A stretch of DNA of 64,000 nt, taken from assembly GCF_964355755.1 (NCBI RefSeq), contig NC_092675.1, positions 24,648,912 through 24,712,911 on the forward strand, in the 5' to 3' direction. The position numbers and the translations under genes are program-made. The DNA is from Antedon mediterranea. Its lineage: Eukaryota; Animalia; Echinodermata. The notes under the pieces are model-generated. The model was not told the DNA's origin. It saw only the letters and a program-made list of their open reading frames with translations, and did no database searches. Shown piece by piece: positions 62,166-64,000 of this stretch. Each line of letters opens with the position of its first letter. The stretch's first letter is position 1.

Positions 62166-64000
62166 AGTACCGTAGTACTATTTCTATTTCGGAAGTAAAT
62201 AAAGGCATAAATGGCGCTCCGTAGAAGTAGAGAATGCTCGATCGTCGAAATGACGCTCTGAATATACCTCATATTTTTCCTAATTTTCTGACATAAAATT
62301 GAGGGCGCTCAACATAACATTTACGAGATCGAAGGAGGTGGCGTAAAGCACAGAAAAATAAAAGTATGTTATGTCGTGCTTTCCCTGCATCAGCACTAAG
62401 GCCCTGTCACAGGCTTGGGGTTGTTTCCACGTCATCAGATGCATTGATGTTGCTGCCTCATGATGTGGTGAAAAGTGGGACGTATCATTCTGTAAACCTC
62501 AAACACAGTTGCTCGTATAGCTTTAACTCTATTCCACCACTGAACGTTCCGACCAGCGTGAGATTCGAACCCACGACATTTTTTTTAACACGAAGCTCAT
62601 TCACAACGAAAGAATAGACTGGATGGACACACTTTACAAAGATTTAAATACTGTACTATTTATTAATAAACCAAAACATAATTATAAAAGTTTTACAACA
62701 TTAACAAAACACTCTTGATGATTCACGTGTGATGTTTATAAAAACTACAAAATATTGCACACAATACAGATTCACTATACTAGGGTTACTACAACCAACA
62801 AAACGGATACACACAATCACATAAATTATAGTAAATGGCAATTTCAGTTTGCATAATTATTTTGAACAGGTTGTGTTTATGGCATTATATAACAGTTATT
62901 ATTTCATACTTAACTATCTACTACACTACTATTGTGGAATTATTTTATGTCTTGAAAACCTACAGTAGATGGCAGACTATCACGTTTTCATGATTATAGT
63001 AAATAATGTATTTTCTCGTTTACATAAGACTTTGATATTTTAAAGCAATAAACAAATCCAAGCTATTGACTATTAACTTGAGCAGCATGGTGAGAAGGCT
63101 TTTTGAATTATTCCCACTAGCCCATACTGTATGTCCAATGTGACTGAACAAACTATTCATCAAAATGAATAAAAGGTAAAAACTATGATTTCATAGAAAA
63201 AGAAGTTATAGCCAATACAAAATATTATATAAACACTATAATACTAAGCAAAAATTGGAATGTATTTTAACTTTTAACAAGGTGATGGAAATTTAGGCAT
63301 ATTTAGTAAAAACAAGTTTATTTAAAATGGTATTTAACCACAATTGGCTTATATACATACAATATCTTTTCTTAGTAACTAATGTTAACACATGTAGTGG
63401 TGGTCTTTAACATATATGTGTCTAGGAGACGTATGCCACTAGATTAAAGCTACTGTATTGCCAGAAAAAAAGATTTAATTCCTATCTAGATAACTTTTTA
63501 AAGGTGTTATGACACTCATAGACGATGTAAGGTACGCTTACGTCAACGCGGAACTCAACTAAAAGGAACTAATTACTTTCAAGCAACTGAACTAATATTG
63601 GAAATTGGAACGGATTGTAACTATTCGTGGCAATATATTGAATCATTCAAACTGATCACAGTTACTCTTTCTGGGTTTAGCCAGGTACTGCTGATAGCAG
63701 TTACGCCTCTGCTGGCTATTCTGTTTAGAAAAGAATAAAAGCTGCACACACAACATGTGCAGTGACAAAGACAATATTGTCTGGATAGCAGAACTTTCAA
63801 GAAATCTTCAGTGCACACTAGATAAAGAACAAACTGGATCGTAATGTGGCTGGTTGGAAAAAAAATGCCAGCTTTACTCAAGAACATCATAGCAAAATTG
63901 TGGTATGAGCATAATATGAAAAACAATTACAGTAAAATATATTACTGAACCAGAAGAATACTATAAGAAATGCATACCAAAAATTTCATATGAACACTGT

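Larger units (their letters stand above)
59980..62600. repeat. Composite repeat: two to three copies of a ~700-bp unit carrying tRNA-derived SINE-like modules
   Basis: 59980-60650 aligns with 60960-61750 and partly with 62290-62600 (CCTCAGCACT...GTTTCCACC...AACCCCAAACACAGT...CCGACCAGCGTGGGAATCGAACCCACGAC). Confidence 0.75.

Overview
AT-rich, intron-rich animal genomic DNA, most likely a marine invertebrate deuterostome such as an echinoderm (inferred from CatSper, Deu/Nin-domain SINE and TE content). There are four gene types. (1) A WRN-type RecQ helicase on the minus strand (ATG 9304, running off the window start) that apparently lacks the N-terminal exonuclease and has a GC-AG intron. (2) A complete 10-exon BMP type I receptor (ALK3/6 class, about 528 aa) on the minus strand, 16508-39160. 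(3, 4) A direct tandem duplication (about 42679-49797 vs 50122-58307), each unit holding a secreted C1q-domain gene plus CatSper3. The first CatSper3 copy is broken and the second is intact (389 aa). The non-coding DNA holds many transposon structures: a TSD-flanked RTE insertion with twin-priming-like 5' inversion, a P-element-like insertion at the WRN 5' end, Penelope-like fragments with hammerhead-type motifs, Helentron/HINE-like elements sharing an internal module, Harbinger-like MITE clusters, SINEs and L2/CR1 ends. A long multi-segment hairpin lies in the presumed BMPR1 3' UTR. All exon models were read by hand from the sequence and no database search was run. I found no wholly new biological system. 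The most notable items are structural and evolutionary.
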